Of a DNA stretch of 64,000 bases, positions 21,447 through 34,280 are shown one piece after another. The stretch covers positions 1,268,374 to 1,332,373 of the forward strand of contig JBNZDD010013589.1 in assembly GCA_050575255.1 (NCBI GenBank), in the 5' to 3' direction. Every line of letters begins with the position of its first letter. The first letter of the stretch is position 1. Origin of the DNA: Harriotta raleighana (lineage: Eukaryota). The translations under genes and the position numbers were made by a program. A model generated the notes under the pieces. The model worked only from the letters and a program-made list of their open reading frames with translations. It was not told the origin of the DNA and made no database searches.

Positions 21447-23709
21447 TTAAATACGCCTCTGTCTTCATGTCATTAGTTGCTTTATCTATAGAGGTATACT
21501 AATAATATTTGATATAGCGCCTTATCATGCCTTCAAGACGTCTTAAAATGTTTGACAGCTTATACTGTAAAATGTTGACTGCATATTTTATGCACAAAAG
21601 TTAATACCAGAACCAGTAATGGGATTAATTCATTATATTGTTTGATTTCATATCCTTACGATACCGTCTTACTACCTCCCCCTTCCTTGTTTCAGTATTT
21701 TACAAAAAAGGGAACTTTGAGAAGGTCGTCTTGTTAAATACAAATCTTTTTGCTGTCAATACTTCTGCGGGCTTTTCCTTGACCTTTGCCCTTTCCTGTA
21801 TATCAAAAAAAGTTCTTCCAGCTTTTAAATTGGAGAGCTTTGTAGAACTTGGATTGGGAAACTGCCTGAATTGTCAATGTGATCTTAGGTCTTGGGTTCA
21901 GTTTCTACCAATTTGACTCGGGTGTAGGTCAGTAGTGGCTTAATGGCTTTTAACTGATGCGAATTGCATTTGATGTTACTCCCAGTTTTAACCTCATCTG
22001 AGCTGCAAAGTCACAGTAAGTAGCATCTGATGCCATATGGTGCAGTAGAAGGCTAGCTAGCCCCTGGCAGTGTAGTTTTCTCTGGGGTTCTGGAAATAAC
22101 ATGGCCTCAAGTGTACTGTGCATCGCAGAGCGAGTTCAGTGAAGGATATTGGGACTCGGTTGGAAGTAAGATCTGATGTTGGACTGCATAAATACTATAC
22201 AGCGCAATAACTTTCCAAATTATGGTAATGAGCTGAACAGAAAATACTGTTGGGACCAGGAAATACTGAAAAGGCCATGAATGAAGGGGAACTTAGGTCC
22301 ATATTTAAATGTAGTGTTTCCTTGGAACTCAATCTATTTGGTGACTGTTGTGTGGGGAGCGAAGGAGATCTAATTAACGTCAAAGTTATTGAAGAGATGG
22401 AGGCTCATTAACATGGATGGATGTGACTAGTCGGGTTTGATGGTCTGTTTCTGCAATGTAGCAATTCTATGTAATTGGCCCTTAGATAATATTGATAATG
22501 TGAAGACTAAAATGAACAGTGAGAGTGTAAGAGAAGAGGTAATGGAGAGCAAGTGACAATATGGATTGAGCGGGAACAGAGGGATCGATGTTTAGCAGGA
22601 GCTTTTTACAGAGGATTTTAACTTGTGGTGCAATGTGGCAATTAATTCGCTGAACATTTGATCAATCCAGCTTCAGAGAAGGGAACTGCATTGGTTTCTG
22701 TTGATGGACATGCCGAAATGAGAACAACCTAACACTAAAGTGCTGGCTGGTTTGATTAGGGGATCCAAAACTGGTGATGTATGAGGCCAATTTCAGTAGC
22801 AAAGCTGGATAGAAGAAGCGAGGTAGGTTAATTAATTGTACAGTTGACATTCCAATTAGACATGGCAAAAGGGGCCTAAGACATGTGAATTGGACGTCTT
22901 CTCAGTATGGTACAAGTGGAGCAATGCTGCATTTTTGTTCCACTGATTGTTAGCATCTTAGATTTCCCAGCTAGGCTGATGGAAGTGAGGAAGGGAGGGA
23001 ATTTTTAATGGTTCCAGGCTGTTGTACTCCTGCTGCTGTGCCAGCTCAGCACATATTCTAGATGGGGACCTATGAGCTATTTTTGACGCTTGATATAAAC
23101 TGCTTCTTGAGCTTCTGTTCTTTCTTGAGTTTCTCACCCACCACTCTTCTCTTTAATGTGTCAGAATGAACATCTTGGTCTCAGCGTGTGAAACACACTG
23201 CTGGGGCTTCGTGCAGTAGTGATGAGAACAATGGGATAGTTCTGTACTGGATGCCTTAACCTAACAGCACATTTGCATGCATGTTCCATGCATCCCGCGG
23301 TAATTTGCAAGTCCCTGAGGAATTGTTATTTTAATTGAATATGCATAAGAGTGTCTGCAAAATATCTTATTGAATTTGTTTTTCTGTTACATTGAAACTA
23401 GGCAGTCAGCTTTATACCAGATCAAAATGGTTACCAAATCTATTGTCATTTTGTTGATATGGTGACACTGTCTAGAATTCAGTTGTATTTCGGATTTCAT
23501 GTTGTGTTTACAAGCCTGATGTGTGGGTGTTAAATGTACTATTAGGTGTCAACAATAATATTTTGTGCTGAAAATAAAACTCTCTTGTGTTTTCCAAGTG
23601 TTGGTTGATAATATTCNTGTACTATTAGGTGTCAACAATAATATTTTGTGCTGAAAATAAAACTCTCCTCTTGTGTTTTCCAAGTGTTGGTTGATAATAT
23701 TCTCCATTG

Positions 23710-24005
23710 ATTGTGCTCAAGCCCAAGTCTGTATTTAATATCACTGCCTAGGCTGACACTCCAGTGCAATAGTGGGGTTGGGGTGGTGGGTGGAGAAGAG
23801 TTGGGAGGAACATTGCTCTGTATTATCGGAGAAAGAGGGCATTATTTGAGGGAGAGGAAGCAAGGCCCTATCTGCTTGACCAGGTGACCATTAAAGGCTC
23901 GGCGGTTCAGGTAAAGAAAAAGAAGGGAGTTTCAGCTGATATCTTAACCAACAGTTCTCTTGGTAAATTGGTCATTCACAATTTGTAGGTCTTGCTGTAA
24001 AGTAC
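23710..24005 (+). mobile_element. Old DeuSINE (SacSINE1-like) remnant
   Basis: ctaggctgacactccagtgcaat...aggccctatctgc...gaagggagttt...tttgtaggtcttgctgt resembles the recalled Deu-domain consensus. Confidence 0.55.
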
Positions 24006-24181
24006 TTTGAAACTCCCAATTTTATTTTCAAAATCCACTCCCCCCATCCTCCCTCCCCCAGTCTCTAATTCTAGCCGATAATATTTCTAAAATTCATTCT
24101 AAAATGTATTTAAATAAAGAATTCATATTGGGTTACATGAATGTAATTTTCCTTTTCTTTATTCCTTTGTGTGTGTTGAAG

Positions 24182-24262
24182 GGACGGAGGCGAGAGGTCA
24201 CGACATCGAGCTCCAAGAAATGCAAGAATGACTGCTCCGTCACTGGGCCGCTTCGTTCCTCG
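24182..24262 (+). CDS. AMBRA1: AMBRA1 internal coding exon (81 nt, phase 2-2), not in the ORF track
   Basis: Pyrimidine tract then ttgaAG (24180-24181); donor CG|GTAAGA (24263). Translates (E)[26 protein letters not shown](R) versus human [27 protein letters not shown]. Phase matches both neighbouring exons. Confidence 0.96.
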
Positions 24263-24429
24263 GTAAGACCTCTTGACTGACTACGCCTTCCAGAAATTTC
24301 CATGTGTGGGTGGCATCCACCTGTGGAACTCTGTCTGGTTTGGACACCCTTAAGCATGTCGGTGGGTTTAGGTGTGCGTCAGATATCAGACTGACTGAAA
24401 TTATCCTCAAAGTCCTGTCCAATCTGACA

Positions 24430-24765
24430 AAATCTAAACACAGGAATAGGTCATTCGGACCATCATATCTGCTCCCTTATAATATTTCACGGCACCTCTA
24501 TCTTTTTGATACCAATTACCTGCCCCTTTCCAATCCATTCCTTAAGTAATAGTTGAATACACATGTTCACTGACTCGCAGCTGAATTCCTGGGCTGAATA
24601 ATGTGATGAACTGGTAGGAAAAGTATGAGAAAGTCTTGCAAAGCAACCGGGAGAATCAGAGAATATTAGCACAGAAGGAGGCCTTTCGGCCCATCGAGCC
24701 TTTGCCGGCTCTTTGGAAAGCTACTCAATCAGTCCCACTCCCCTGGTCTTTCCCCCATATCCTTG
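24430..24765 (-). mobile_element. Two CR1 3' end fragments
   Basis: caggaataggtcattcggaccatc and agcacagaaggaggcctttcggcccatcgagcct. Confidence 0.7.
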
Positions 24766-25390
24766 CCTGACCCTTGGATCATCAGGACTAAGGATAGTCT
24801 TTTGGCAAACATGTCTTATAACGATTTCAGCATGGCCCGTCCAAACCCTGACAGTGAGCCAGTACCAGGGAGGTCACCAAACCCTGAGCAATACACAGCA
24901 AGAAATACCTCTTTGTACTTTTGGGAATGTGGACAGCTGCTACTGGCATGAAAAAAGTCTTTTAAAAATGGAATTTAAAATGCATCCATTGAAACATTAT
25001 CAAATATGGGCCACCAGGGGAATAGAGTTGTGAGTTACAAGGCAGGAGCGAGGTCTTGTGGGGTTTGGTTCAACTGTGAATTATAACTCACCTGAGCCCC
25101 TGTGTTTCTATCCGGCTGCCAGGTTGTTTTGAGTTCAGGGCTAACTTATTATGTGAAACTGATCAACGACTGAGCTGAGATTAATATTATTTGCTTGAAT
25201 TAGCAAAGACCCGTGTTCAAATTAGAGAGAGCTGTTCAGTACTTTTACTTTTGAAGATGACTCTTTTTATTAAGGGATGTACTTTATTTAACATGTTATG
25301 TAAAGATGATCCACTAATTGTTTTGCACCGAGGTTTGATTAAACAAGTGGCACTTATGATATTAATCTTTGTATTTGATTGAGCTCCCTA

Positions 25391-25705
25391 TTACATCGTT
25401 AGGATGTCTCGGAGTGTTTCACAGAATATAGTGTAAATTGTATTGATCGTGTATTTTCTGGGTGAACCATGATAGCCAATTGCACACAGCAGTGCCTCAC
25501 AAACATTCGTGGATTGTATGACCCCATTTTTATTTGAGGGATTATTGGCCCCGCATCCCTGGAAAACGATCCGCCAATGGACTAACAATCGGGTTCCTAC
25601 TTATTGTTAGTAAACAAGATATATGGAGTAAGGAAACTTGACTGGGAATCGATCCCGGGTCCTCTCGCTTGCGAGACAAAAGTACTCAATGTTACGGGAT
25701 TCCAC
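25391..25705 (-). mobile_element. Deu-domain SINE, long form
   Basis: Reverse complement of the SINE: gccaattgcacacagcagtgcctcacaaac, ggttcctactta, gggaatcgatcccggg. Confidence 0.85.
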
Positions 25706-26067
25706 AAAGCTTTTCAGAATGACAATTTACAAAGAGTGAGGCTTGGCATTGAGCAGTGGTTTGCTCAACATCAGCTATGACCACAACCAACAACAGCCAG
25801 TAGTACACTGGCGAGTGAGGATTCTGCATAATCGATTTCAATCAGTGAACACACATGCCAAGCAAGGTTCTGCTTGAATTCAGCTGAACTTTGCGTACAG
25901 CAACTTTGTTTCTGTTGTAAATCTGATCAGGCAAATAAGGTCACATTGTAAAATCACTCACTCGGTGTTTATGCTTTGCCTACGTAAGCTTTTATTTTAG
26001 TGTCCACACTGTACTCAGACTGAACAAAACCAATGGTTAATACTAAATGTTATCCTACTTTCCTCAG

Positions 26068-26168
26068 GCGATTTCTTCTGCCAGAGTACCTTCCTTATGC
26101 AGGCATCTTCCATGAGCGAGGACAGCCTGGTTTGGCCACACATTCCTCTGTCAATAGGGCTTTAGCAG
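26068..26168 (+). CDS. AMBRA1: AMBRA1 internal coding exon (101 nt, phase 2-1)
   Basis: Acceptor ctactttcctcAG (26066-26067); donor CAG|GTAAGG (26169). Translates [33 protein letters not shown](G), nearly identical to human [34 protein letters not shown]. Confidence 0.97.
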
Positions 26169-26381
26169 GTAAGGCTTATGTATGGCTGCTGGAAACGCAT
26201 TGCCGTATTGGTGAGTCTTCTGATGGAAACTATCTGTCTCCTCTGAGATGTTACACTGCATGGAGGGCGCTATATAAGTGTATATTATTGTCTGAGTGTC
26301 AGTGCAGTCTTGAGGGACATTGTTGGCTGGTCTAGTGCCAGGCTATTAACATTTCTGAAAAGATCCTAACAAAGCTAGCTA

Positions 26382-26698
26382 CAGTAAAACCCCATTTATC
26401 CATGACCTGATCAACCAGATTGCTCGACCCCCTCCCAGGGTAATTCCCCATTCCAGCAATCACGAGTTTGCTCACTTTGCTTATGTGTGCGCATGCGCAT
26501 TTATTAAACTTACAAACTTTTTACCGATCTTTTTACCGAGTGTGCTGGAATGCTTGAAGATAAGTATCCGTACAATATTCTGTTACTATTTAGTGTATTA
26601 TTAATATGGTATGTTTTAACATAAGTTAATTTTTTATGTTGGGTTTTCAGCCCAACTTCAGCCCCCGCCCCGGGTGCCGGATAAACGGGGTTTTACTG
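26382..26698. mobile_element. MITE family A, short form
   Basis: TA|cagtaaaaccccatttatcc ... ggataaacggggttttactg; contains tgcgcatgcgca. Confidence 0.9.
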
Positions 26699-27957
26699 CA
26701 TTGGGCTTGTTTTTTTTCACAGTCTAGTACTTGCCTGGAAACAAAACAGGGTCCAAATAAGGTCACTATTGCAGTTATTTGCAGTAAATGCTCAATATGT
26801 ATGTGACTCTGTGGTACTATCAGATTTTTCTCTTCTAGCGTTGAGTAGGTATCGCTGGCTTTTGTATTTGTCCCCGTTCAGTAGATTCAGTTCTGCAGTC
26901 AACACATTACTTATCCCATTGGTGTGAATGCGCATTACGGTAGAAACAGCCCTGGGAGGCAGTCGTTATTTCACGCGGTTTAATCTGATCTTTCGAGAAT
27001 GCCAGAGCACTCAAATGGGAAGTCACACTGTACTCCAGAATTAATTGAATAACCCATTTAGATTGTAAGGGATTTCACCCTGTTGTTCCCTCTAGGCGTG
27101 ACTGCCCAGATTCCTCAGTGCTATGTGTTCCCATTTGGGGTTGCTTTAATTTGGGACATCCTCCCGATGTGTAAATTGCTACACAAATCAAATTTATTGT
27201 TGTTTTGCTAAATGTTTGCATTAAAGGATGGTTGAAACCTTTTCCTCTTTTCAGTGGATTAAACTGTGGAGTCCAAGATCAACTGAAGGAGCAGTGCATC
27301 TTGTGCTGATTTTCATGTTGTACTGTCCCACTTGCTTCCTTGTGAAATGAAAGCCTGTGTAGCTGTCATTTGACTGTGTAATGGCAGCACGAACATAGCT
27401 GTAATTCCTTTTCACATTGGACTTAGCTGTATTACAGACAGCCAAGTTTGATTACTTTGGAAGTTTTTGAAAGGGTGAAATAAAAATAGATTTCAGTTAA
27501 TGAAGCTCATTGAGTGAGGAGATGAGATAGGTGTATGCCTGGCTATACTACAAAAATGAGCTGTGGTGGAATAGTGCAGAAGCCAGGATTGAATTACTTT
27601 TTTGCTTTATTCTCTTATCTCAAGCAGAGCTGTGGCTGTGTGGACATTGCCACTGCTTTGCCACCCACCCAAGTGCCAGCCTTACAACGGACAACCGAGA
27701 AAATGGCTGCGATAAAGATTTTTTTTTCTCCCCAAACCCTTTTTTGGGCCAGTTTCTTAAATTGGCCACTCGATCCACAACTGTTTGTGATACACTGTTA
27801 CACGCAGTTGGCTGTTGCTTTACGCCCATAAAAACGCACCAGGCCGGAACACCAGCTGATTTCTTCCCCTTCTTCCTCCCAGCCTTGTATTGCCGAGACT
27901 AATCATGTTGTCCTTTGTACTACCCTGTCTAACAAAAACAACAAAATTACATTTGTA

Positions 27958-28211
27958 CACTTAGTCCTCACTTAATGTCGCAACTGTGTTCGCGAAAAGT
28001 GCGACTTTAAGCAAAATGACGTTAAGCGAACCCGCACTAGAATCCCGGGCATTTAGCGTCTATGTATGCCTACGCTACCCAAAGTAGTTTGTTTCCACCC
28101 ACGTGATATATTAGAGAACGTCACAACGTTAATTGAATATACGTTCCCCTATGTATCAGGAACATAATAACAAAACAACATTGACCGAAGCAACATGAAA
28201 AAGTTTACCTG
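27958..28211. mobile_element. MITE family B inserted at a TA in a minus-strand L2 tail
   Basis: aaaattacatttgTA[insert]TAtagctcctttcacatcgggaggacgtccca; left end is homologous to the 61142 element terminus. Confidence 0.78.
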
Positions 28212-30431
28212 TATAGCTCCTTTCACATCGGGAGGACGTCCCAATTAACTAACACAGAACAGATTGTGAATCAAACCTTTCCAGATCCAGTGGGTGACCT
28301 GTTAACAAAATAAACTGCCTGAGCCATAGGGCAGGCCATAAATGTCTATTACAAACTTTATTGCCCTTTCATCTTGTTAAACTGATATTAAAATGTTGAA
28401 TTTACTTTCAACATATCAGCAGTACATGCTAAATTGTGATCAATGGCCATGAAATAAATCTCATTTGTGCCCTTTTGCCATCATGTACCTTTGATAGCCT
28501 TTCCTGGCCATCATTCTGCATCAGGGCCCTCTAACAGAAATAAGCTCCTAATAAAATAATTAGTTCGTCTGCACAAGCCACATACCTGCCTTTTGGCAAA
28601 TAAATATCAGGTGAGCGCGTGCAGTCTGGATTCCGGGCTCTGAGAATCAGAGGAGAATAGTAACTACTCCTGGCCTTTGAATCTTAAAACTAGATTAAGA
28701 CTCAAACATCTTTCTTCATTCTCGCTACCTGTACACGCTGGGAGTTGGCCCAATGGCACCAAAGTTTCTATTTAAAATGAGCGACGTAAATCAAATGATT
28801 GGTGACAACTGCGGAAACCGAGTCGCAGTCAGCACCGAGGAATATCTGTCTGAAGCTCTCAGTGCTGTCGCTGGCGATTTGTTAGGTCCTTCCTCACTTG
28901 TGCGTTGGGGAAAACATTTGCTCATTCCCATCGACTTATCGAGCCTCAGAAAGTAATTTTGGAAACTTAAGATGTACCAATCCATCTCAAAGCACGTCTT
29001 CCACCCACCGCCCACCACCAACCCTATCAATATGAATAGGCAGTCGGGGATATTATTCCTCCTCATAATAAGACATGAGCAGCCAAGGAGAAGAGTACCT
29101 GGCTGCTAACACAATAAAATCATTTGTCCACAAAATAAACAGTCAATTCACTTTGTAGTATATTCTCTGAAGTGCTTTGAGACACCTCAAAGCCATGATA
29201 AGGCATTTTTTCAAATGCAAGGATTATTATTACATGAGAATGCAGTCTGTTTAAAATATTCACTTGATTAAAACTAGGGGGCAGTATTTTGAACAGAAAG
29301 CGTTTGTCCTGGACTCTCCATCCCCTTCTTCCAATATTGTGTCTACCTATACTTTATCATTAATAATACAACAACAAAATTACATTGTAGACCACCCTTC
29401 AAATCAGGAAGATGTCCCAAGGCACTGAACAGTCGGGGGCAGGACCCGATCATGGGGGAGATAGGGATTTGGATGAGGGAGGGAAGAGAAGTAGGGGAAA
29501 TATTCCCTATATTTGGTTTTGTGTGTGCCACAAAGCACTTCACCAGATAAGCTGTAAAGTTCAGTGACTATGTTTTATGGAAGAACGCAGTGAAAACAGT
29601 TTTGGTAAAAACGGTCCATTATTAAGGCACTTAGCTGGGACTGGGAAAGGGCATGTCCACTTGACTTATTTGAACTTCCACAAACTATTCAAACTAATGT
29701 CGCCATCTCTGCTCAGTCAAAAGAGGAGCAAGTTCTCAGTGTTACCGCGACCTGCAGAACCTTTCACTGAAGAGAATGTGCATCAGTCAGGGAATAGGGC
29801 CAAACCCATTCCAAGTGACTGACTTTCAGATGAGAATGGGCGGACTGATTTTAATGACGTGGATAGAATTGGCAGCAGAAGCCAATTTACCCAAATTAGT
29901 TCAGTTGCTGTTTTGCAAATTACAGCAGGTGGGAAGGCTTAAAATGACTATTTAAATGAAACGAACATTGTCCAAACAGGCATTATCTACGGAAATGTAT
30001 CCATCGCGTATTGAATTATAAGCGGCCACTTATTAATTGACTCCCATGATTTTATTCACCTCGCTGTGCTGAGTGCAACATTCCAATTCTAAGTGAAGTT
30101 TGACACCGTTCCAAAACGTTGGAAGCGATGCACCTCAAACCAGTTTAGCTTCACGAAGGATTAGTCAATCTGGGCAATGTGAAAAGCTAGATACAAGTGG
30201 CTTCCCATAGGGAATCAGGCCAGAGCCCAGCTTCCATAAGAAGATGTTTGTGATGCATGACAATTTGCTCCTCTGTATTACAAGCACAGCAATCATAAGT
30301 TATTAAAAGTACTTACTCTTTTGGGAAGTTGTCCCTTGAAAATCCCAGTAGAAAGTCCGTAGACTGTTAATCATATCTTTATAAAGAATCATTTTTTCAT
30401 TGCTTTTAAAGAGCCAGGCACACAGAAGCGT

Positions 30432-30750
30432 GGAGCTCTTGTGGCTCAGTGATTAGAGCACTCGCCTTACAAGTGTGAGACCTATGTTTGAATCCAGGTA
30501 GGTCAGGGCGAAATCTTGGGCAAGTTTCTTTACTCCACCTAATAATAATCCCTCCAAAAAACCCCACAATAAGAAAAAAAAATTGGTCATTTCCACGTCT
30601 ATTTGTGGGGACATTGTTGTATGCGATTGGCTGCCGCGTTTCGGCCACGAATGTACAGTCAATTCACTTTACGATACATTCTGTGAAGTGCTTTGAGATG
30701 TCGAGAAGACATGAAAAGCGCTATATCAAATGCAAGGATTATTATTTATT
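30432..30750 (+). mobile_element. Deu-domain SINE, full length, short form
   Basis: Same head, body and tail as the 9576 copy. Confidence 0.92.
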
Positions 30751-32029
30751 ATAATGATAACATTAGGTTCAGATTTTCAGTATCTGCAGTCTTTTTGCTT
30801 CCTGAAGAATGTTTGACAGTGGTTGGCCTGGGAACAGGCTAGTTGATTTTCTCTCAATGAAGGAAAACATTTTGACACAGGAGAGGGTTTGAAGGCAAGA
30901 GGTTGGAACACGTCCCCAGGGTGTAGAGCCTGCGGATAATGTTTAAATACAACTAATTACCATATAATTTCTGTGCTCACTACAGGAGAGAAAGCTACGA
31001 AGGAGACCAGTTCCGTTGCGTTATGTTTCCAATTAGCTTATTGGAAGTTCTGCTGACTGTTTCATGAAATATGATCCCTCATAGTGACTTGGATCAGGAC
31101 GGCAGTACATTGGGGGCAAATTTAATCAACACGAAAATGGGAACTAGGACCGACAATTTTGGATTATTTAAGTGATTTTGATTATTTTTTAAATGCTACT
31201 GGTCTTTTTGGTGCAATATAATTTTAATAATAATAATCCTTGCGTTTGATATAGCGTTCTTAACACGACTTTAAGACATCTCAGTGCGCTTCACAGAATA
31301 TACCATGAAGTGAATTGATTGTATGTTTTGTGAGCGAAAATGTACCAAAGGATGGATGAGTGTTTCACAGCAAGGTGATTGTGGGACATTTACTTAGATA
31401 GTTTCATGTAATGGGAGCAACAGGAAATGTTGTATTTCATTGGGATTCTGTGCTGTGCTTAGGTATGTGTTTCTTTGCGATCTACTGTATTACCAATTGC
31501 TTTAGGGATTTTGTTTTGCTGAAAACTCTTGCAGGGCTGTTGGCAAAGTTTTAATCTTGAAGCCTGATGTTCCACAGTGCCAATTTCAAACGAAATGGAA
31601 CATTCAACATTGCACTTTGCAAGTACTTCAACCTGTCACCCAGAATCTTTCAAAGGGTGAAGAGGGTTGACAGCAGCAAAGAGCTGGCTTACAGCTGGAG
31701 CACTTCGGCAGTAGGGAAGAGAAATGAGCTGGAATGAGAATATCCAAGGCTCTCGGCGACACATGGGGTTATTTAGCAGCAATGTTACTGTGAAGGATTA
31801 GGTTTGAAAGCTTGATCGAGTGACCGTAGCGTAACTTTGCGTTGTCCTGTTCAGAAGTTCAGTAGATCAAAGAGATCAAATCGCATGAAACCATACAAGC
31901 TGCTAGAGATGGAACTGGTAGTTTGAACTGGTACAAAGAATAGTGGTGAAAACACGAGCAACCTGAGATAATTCACTGCTTTGACTTGATGCATTTATTT
32001 GAAGGCAGCTGCATTTTCCAGTCTTTTAA

Positions 32030-32295
32030 AATAATAATCCCTCCAATTGAGCTTTTCACATCTACTAGACGTCTCAAAGCTCTTCATATAACATTCTGTA
32101 AAGTGAATTAACTGTATATTTATGGTCGAAACGCGGCAGTCAACTGCACATAGCAGTGTCCCACAAACACTCGTAGATTGAAATGACCATTTTATTATTG
32201 TTTTATTTTTTGAGGGATTATTATTGTGTGGAGTAAGGAAATTTGCCCAAGGTTTTGCCCTCTGCCTGGAATCGAAACTAGGTCTCACACTTGTA
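32030..32295 (-). mobile_element. Deu-domain SINE, short form
   Basis: cagtgtcccacaaac...ggagtaaggaaatttgcccaagg. Confidence 0.88.
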
Positions 32296-32489
32296 AAATC
32301 AATCTTTATTTCCGGGGGTGCCACACACATGGTTGGACACAACAAACAAAGATTGTCTATTAAGTCTTAAAGATGGTGAATAAATAAAGTAGTTAATGTT
32401 AAAAAAAAGTATCCCGCTTTTTGGGCAACCTGTACACCGTATGCAAATCTCGTGCTCTGGATCACGAGCCACAATTGGAATTCTTTCCT

Positions 32490-32971
32490 GTGAGTGACCC
32501 CATCCTCACCGAACTCCATTGGCTCCTCATCAACCAGAGGATCTAATTCATGATCCTGGTCCTCACATTCAAAGCGCTCCAAGGCCTCGCCCTACCCTAC
32601 ATCTGCGACTTTATAATCCCCTACCAACCTGCCCACCCCATCCGCTCAGCAGGCTCCAGCCTGCTTTAAGTCCCCCGACTCACCCGCGGCCCCCAATGAT
32701 GGGCAAGCCTTCAGCCTCTCCGTCCCCAACCTCTGGAACGTCATCCCGCAAACCCTCCGTCTCGTCCCCTCCCTGGCCTCCTTCCAAGTCCTGACTGAAG
32801 ACCCTCCTCTTCGATGGTCCCATTGGTCACCCCAAATGCCCCACTTTACCTCCATCCTCCCCATCCCCAACCCCAGTTTGCGTCTGAAACAATGACTGTC
32901 CAGCACCTTGGGATGTTCTCCTGATGTGAGAGGTGCTATATAAGTGTAATTTTGATATTGTTGTTGTTGTT
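32490..32971 (+). mobile_element. L2 3' fragment
   Basis: ctccattggctcc, aacctctggaac, tail gaggtgctatataagtgtaattttgatattgttgttgttgtt. Confidence 0.87.
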
Positions 32972-33469
32972 AGCTGGTAGGGAAGGGAAAAATAGCAATA
33001 GCAACTTTCCCCTGATCACTAGCTCACCTCACTGGCTGGACAGCAATTGAGGTCTGGGTTTAAAAATAATTTTACATTATAGCCCATCTTGCCTGAAAAG
33101 ATGGATAAATGTCAAATGACATTATTAAATGCAAAGTGTTCACGTTTGCTTTTCTACTTGGAATATCTTTTGGATTTTCGCTTGCATGTATATTAGTGCT
33201 TTAGTATCGCAATTCTTTACCAGCTTCTCCCAGAACAAAAGCTGAACAAGCATTCCTTCCCTAGGCTAAAACCTCAAATAACATTTATGGGCAAGCACAT
33301 GCATATGAGATAGCTGCATTCCAATTAATCATAAAATCTGCTGCTCGGGGGTAAGAACAGGGTTTAAGCTATCTTGTAGTCAAATTATTTCTTAAAGATA
33401 TGTTCATCTCTTCTACACAACAGGGACAACAGTGCTTTTTTTCTCCACAAGAAACTTAAATAAGATTGA

Positions 33470-33550
33470 ACAAAACACAAATCACTGGTATCCGTGCAAT
33501 TTGATGGAAATTTGAAACATAAACAGATACCAGTGATTTCTGTTTTTGTT
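33470..33550. mobile_element. 81-bp foldback insertion between 14-bp direct repeats
   Basis: ttaaataagattga at 33456-33469 and 33551-33564; arms aaatcactggtatc / gataccagtgattt. Confidence 0.8.
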
Positions 33551-33963
33551 TTAAATAAGATTGACCCAGGCCGCTTGTATATTCTTTTTAATTTCGGAAT
33601 AAAGGAAAGCTGCCTATAGCTTCAAATCAGTTCAAACTACTTAAAACCGTGACGTGTGGCCCGAACCCTACCTTCTGACTCAGAATAATGAATGCCAGCA
33701 GCCGAACTAAACTGACAATGAAACGAATGCGTAGTCAGGTAGCAGCTCGTGGAAGAGAATCATTGTAGCTCGAGATTGACTGAGGTTGGGAATTTGCTTT
33801 ACATTTCCATGGCACCATGGTATTATGTCTTGGGACATCCTCCCAATGTGAAAGCCACCACACAAACGTAATTTGTTGCTGTAGTTGTCCCTCGCCTCGA
33901 TACTGGGGATTAAATGGTTAAATCACAAGGACAGATTTTGCATTAAATTGATCTCTATTCCCC

Positions 33964-34280
33964 GGAATCCTGTAGCTCAGTGCTTAGAGCACTTGCCTTA
34001 CAAGCGCAAGACCTGTGTTCAATTCCAGGCGGGTCAGGGCGAAACCATGGGCACGTTTCCTTACTGCACACACGCACGCCTAATAATAATCCCTCCAAAA
34101 AAATACAATAATAAAATTTGGTCATTTCTACCCACGACTGTTGGACACTGCTGTGCACAATTGGCTGCCGCATTTCGCCCACAAATATACAGTCAATGCA
34201 CTTTACAGTATATTCTGTGAAGCACTTTGAGATGTCTAGAAGACATGAAAAGCACTATATCAAATGCAAGGATTATTATT
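33964..34280 (+). mobile_element. Deu-domain SINE, full length, short form
   Basis: ggaatcctgtagctcagtgcttagagcac...aaatgcaaggattattatt. Confidence 0.92.

Larger units (their letters stand above)
590..24181 (+). other. AMBRA1: AMBRA1 intron (GT-AG, 23.6 kb)
   Basis: Lies between the in-frame exons 416-589 and 24182-24262. Confidence 0.9.
24263..26067 (+). other. AMBRA1: AMBRA1 intron (GT-AG, 1805 bp)
   Basis: Lies between exons 24182-24262 and 26068-26168. Confidence 0.92.

Noticed and set aside
21850-22200. Possible very old LF-SINE-like repeat (similar hints at ~940-1230, ~25000-25190, ~36200-36480)
   Set aside because: Too diverged to assign or bound by eye; needs an nhmmer search against Dfam.
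23535-23702. ~82-bp tandem duplication
   Set aside because: Centred on N23617; probable assembly overlap of two alleles.
26033-26335. 100-aa ORF as a standalone gene
   Set aside because: Only 26068-26168 is the AMBRA1 exon; the flanks are intron and include an L2 tail.
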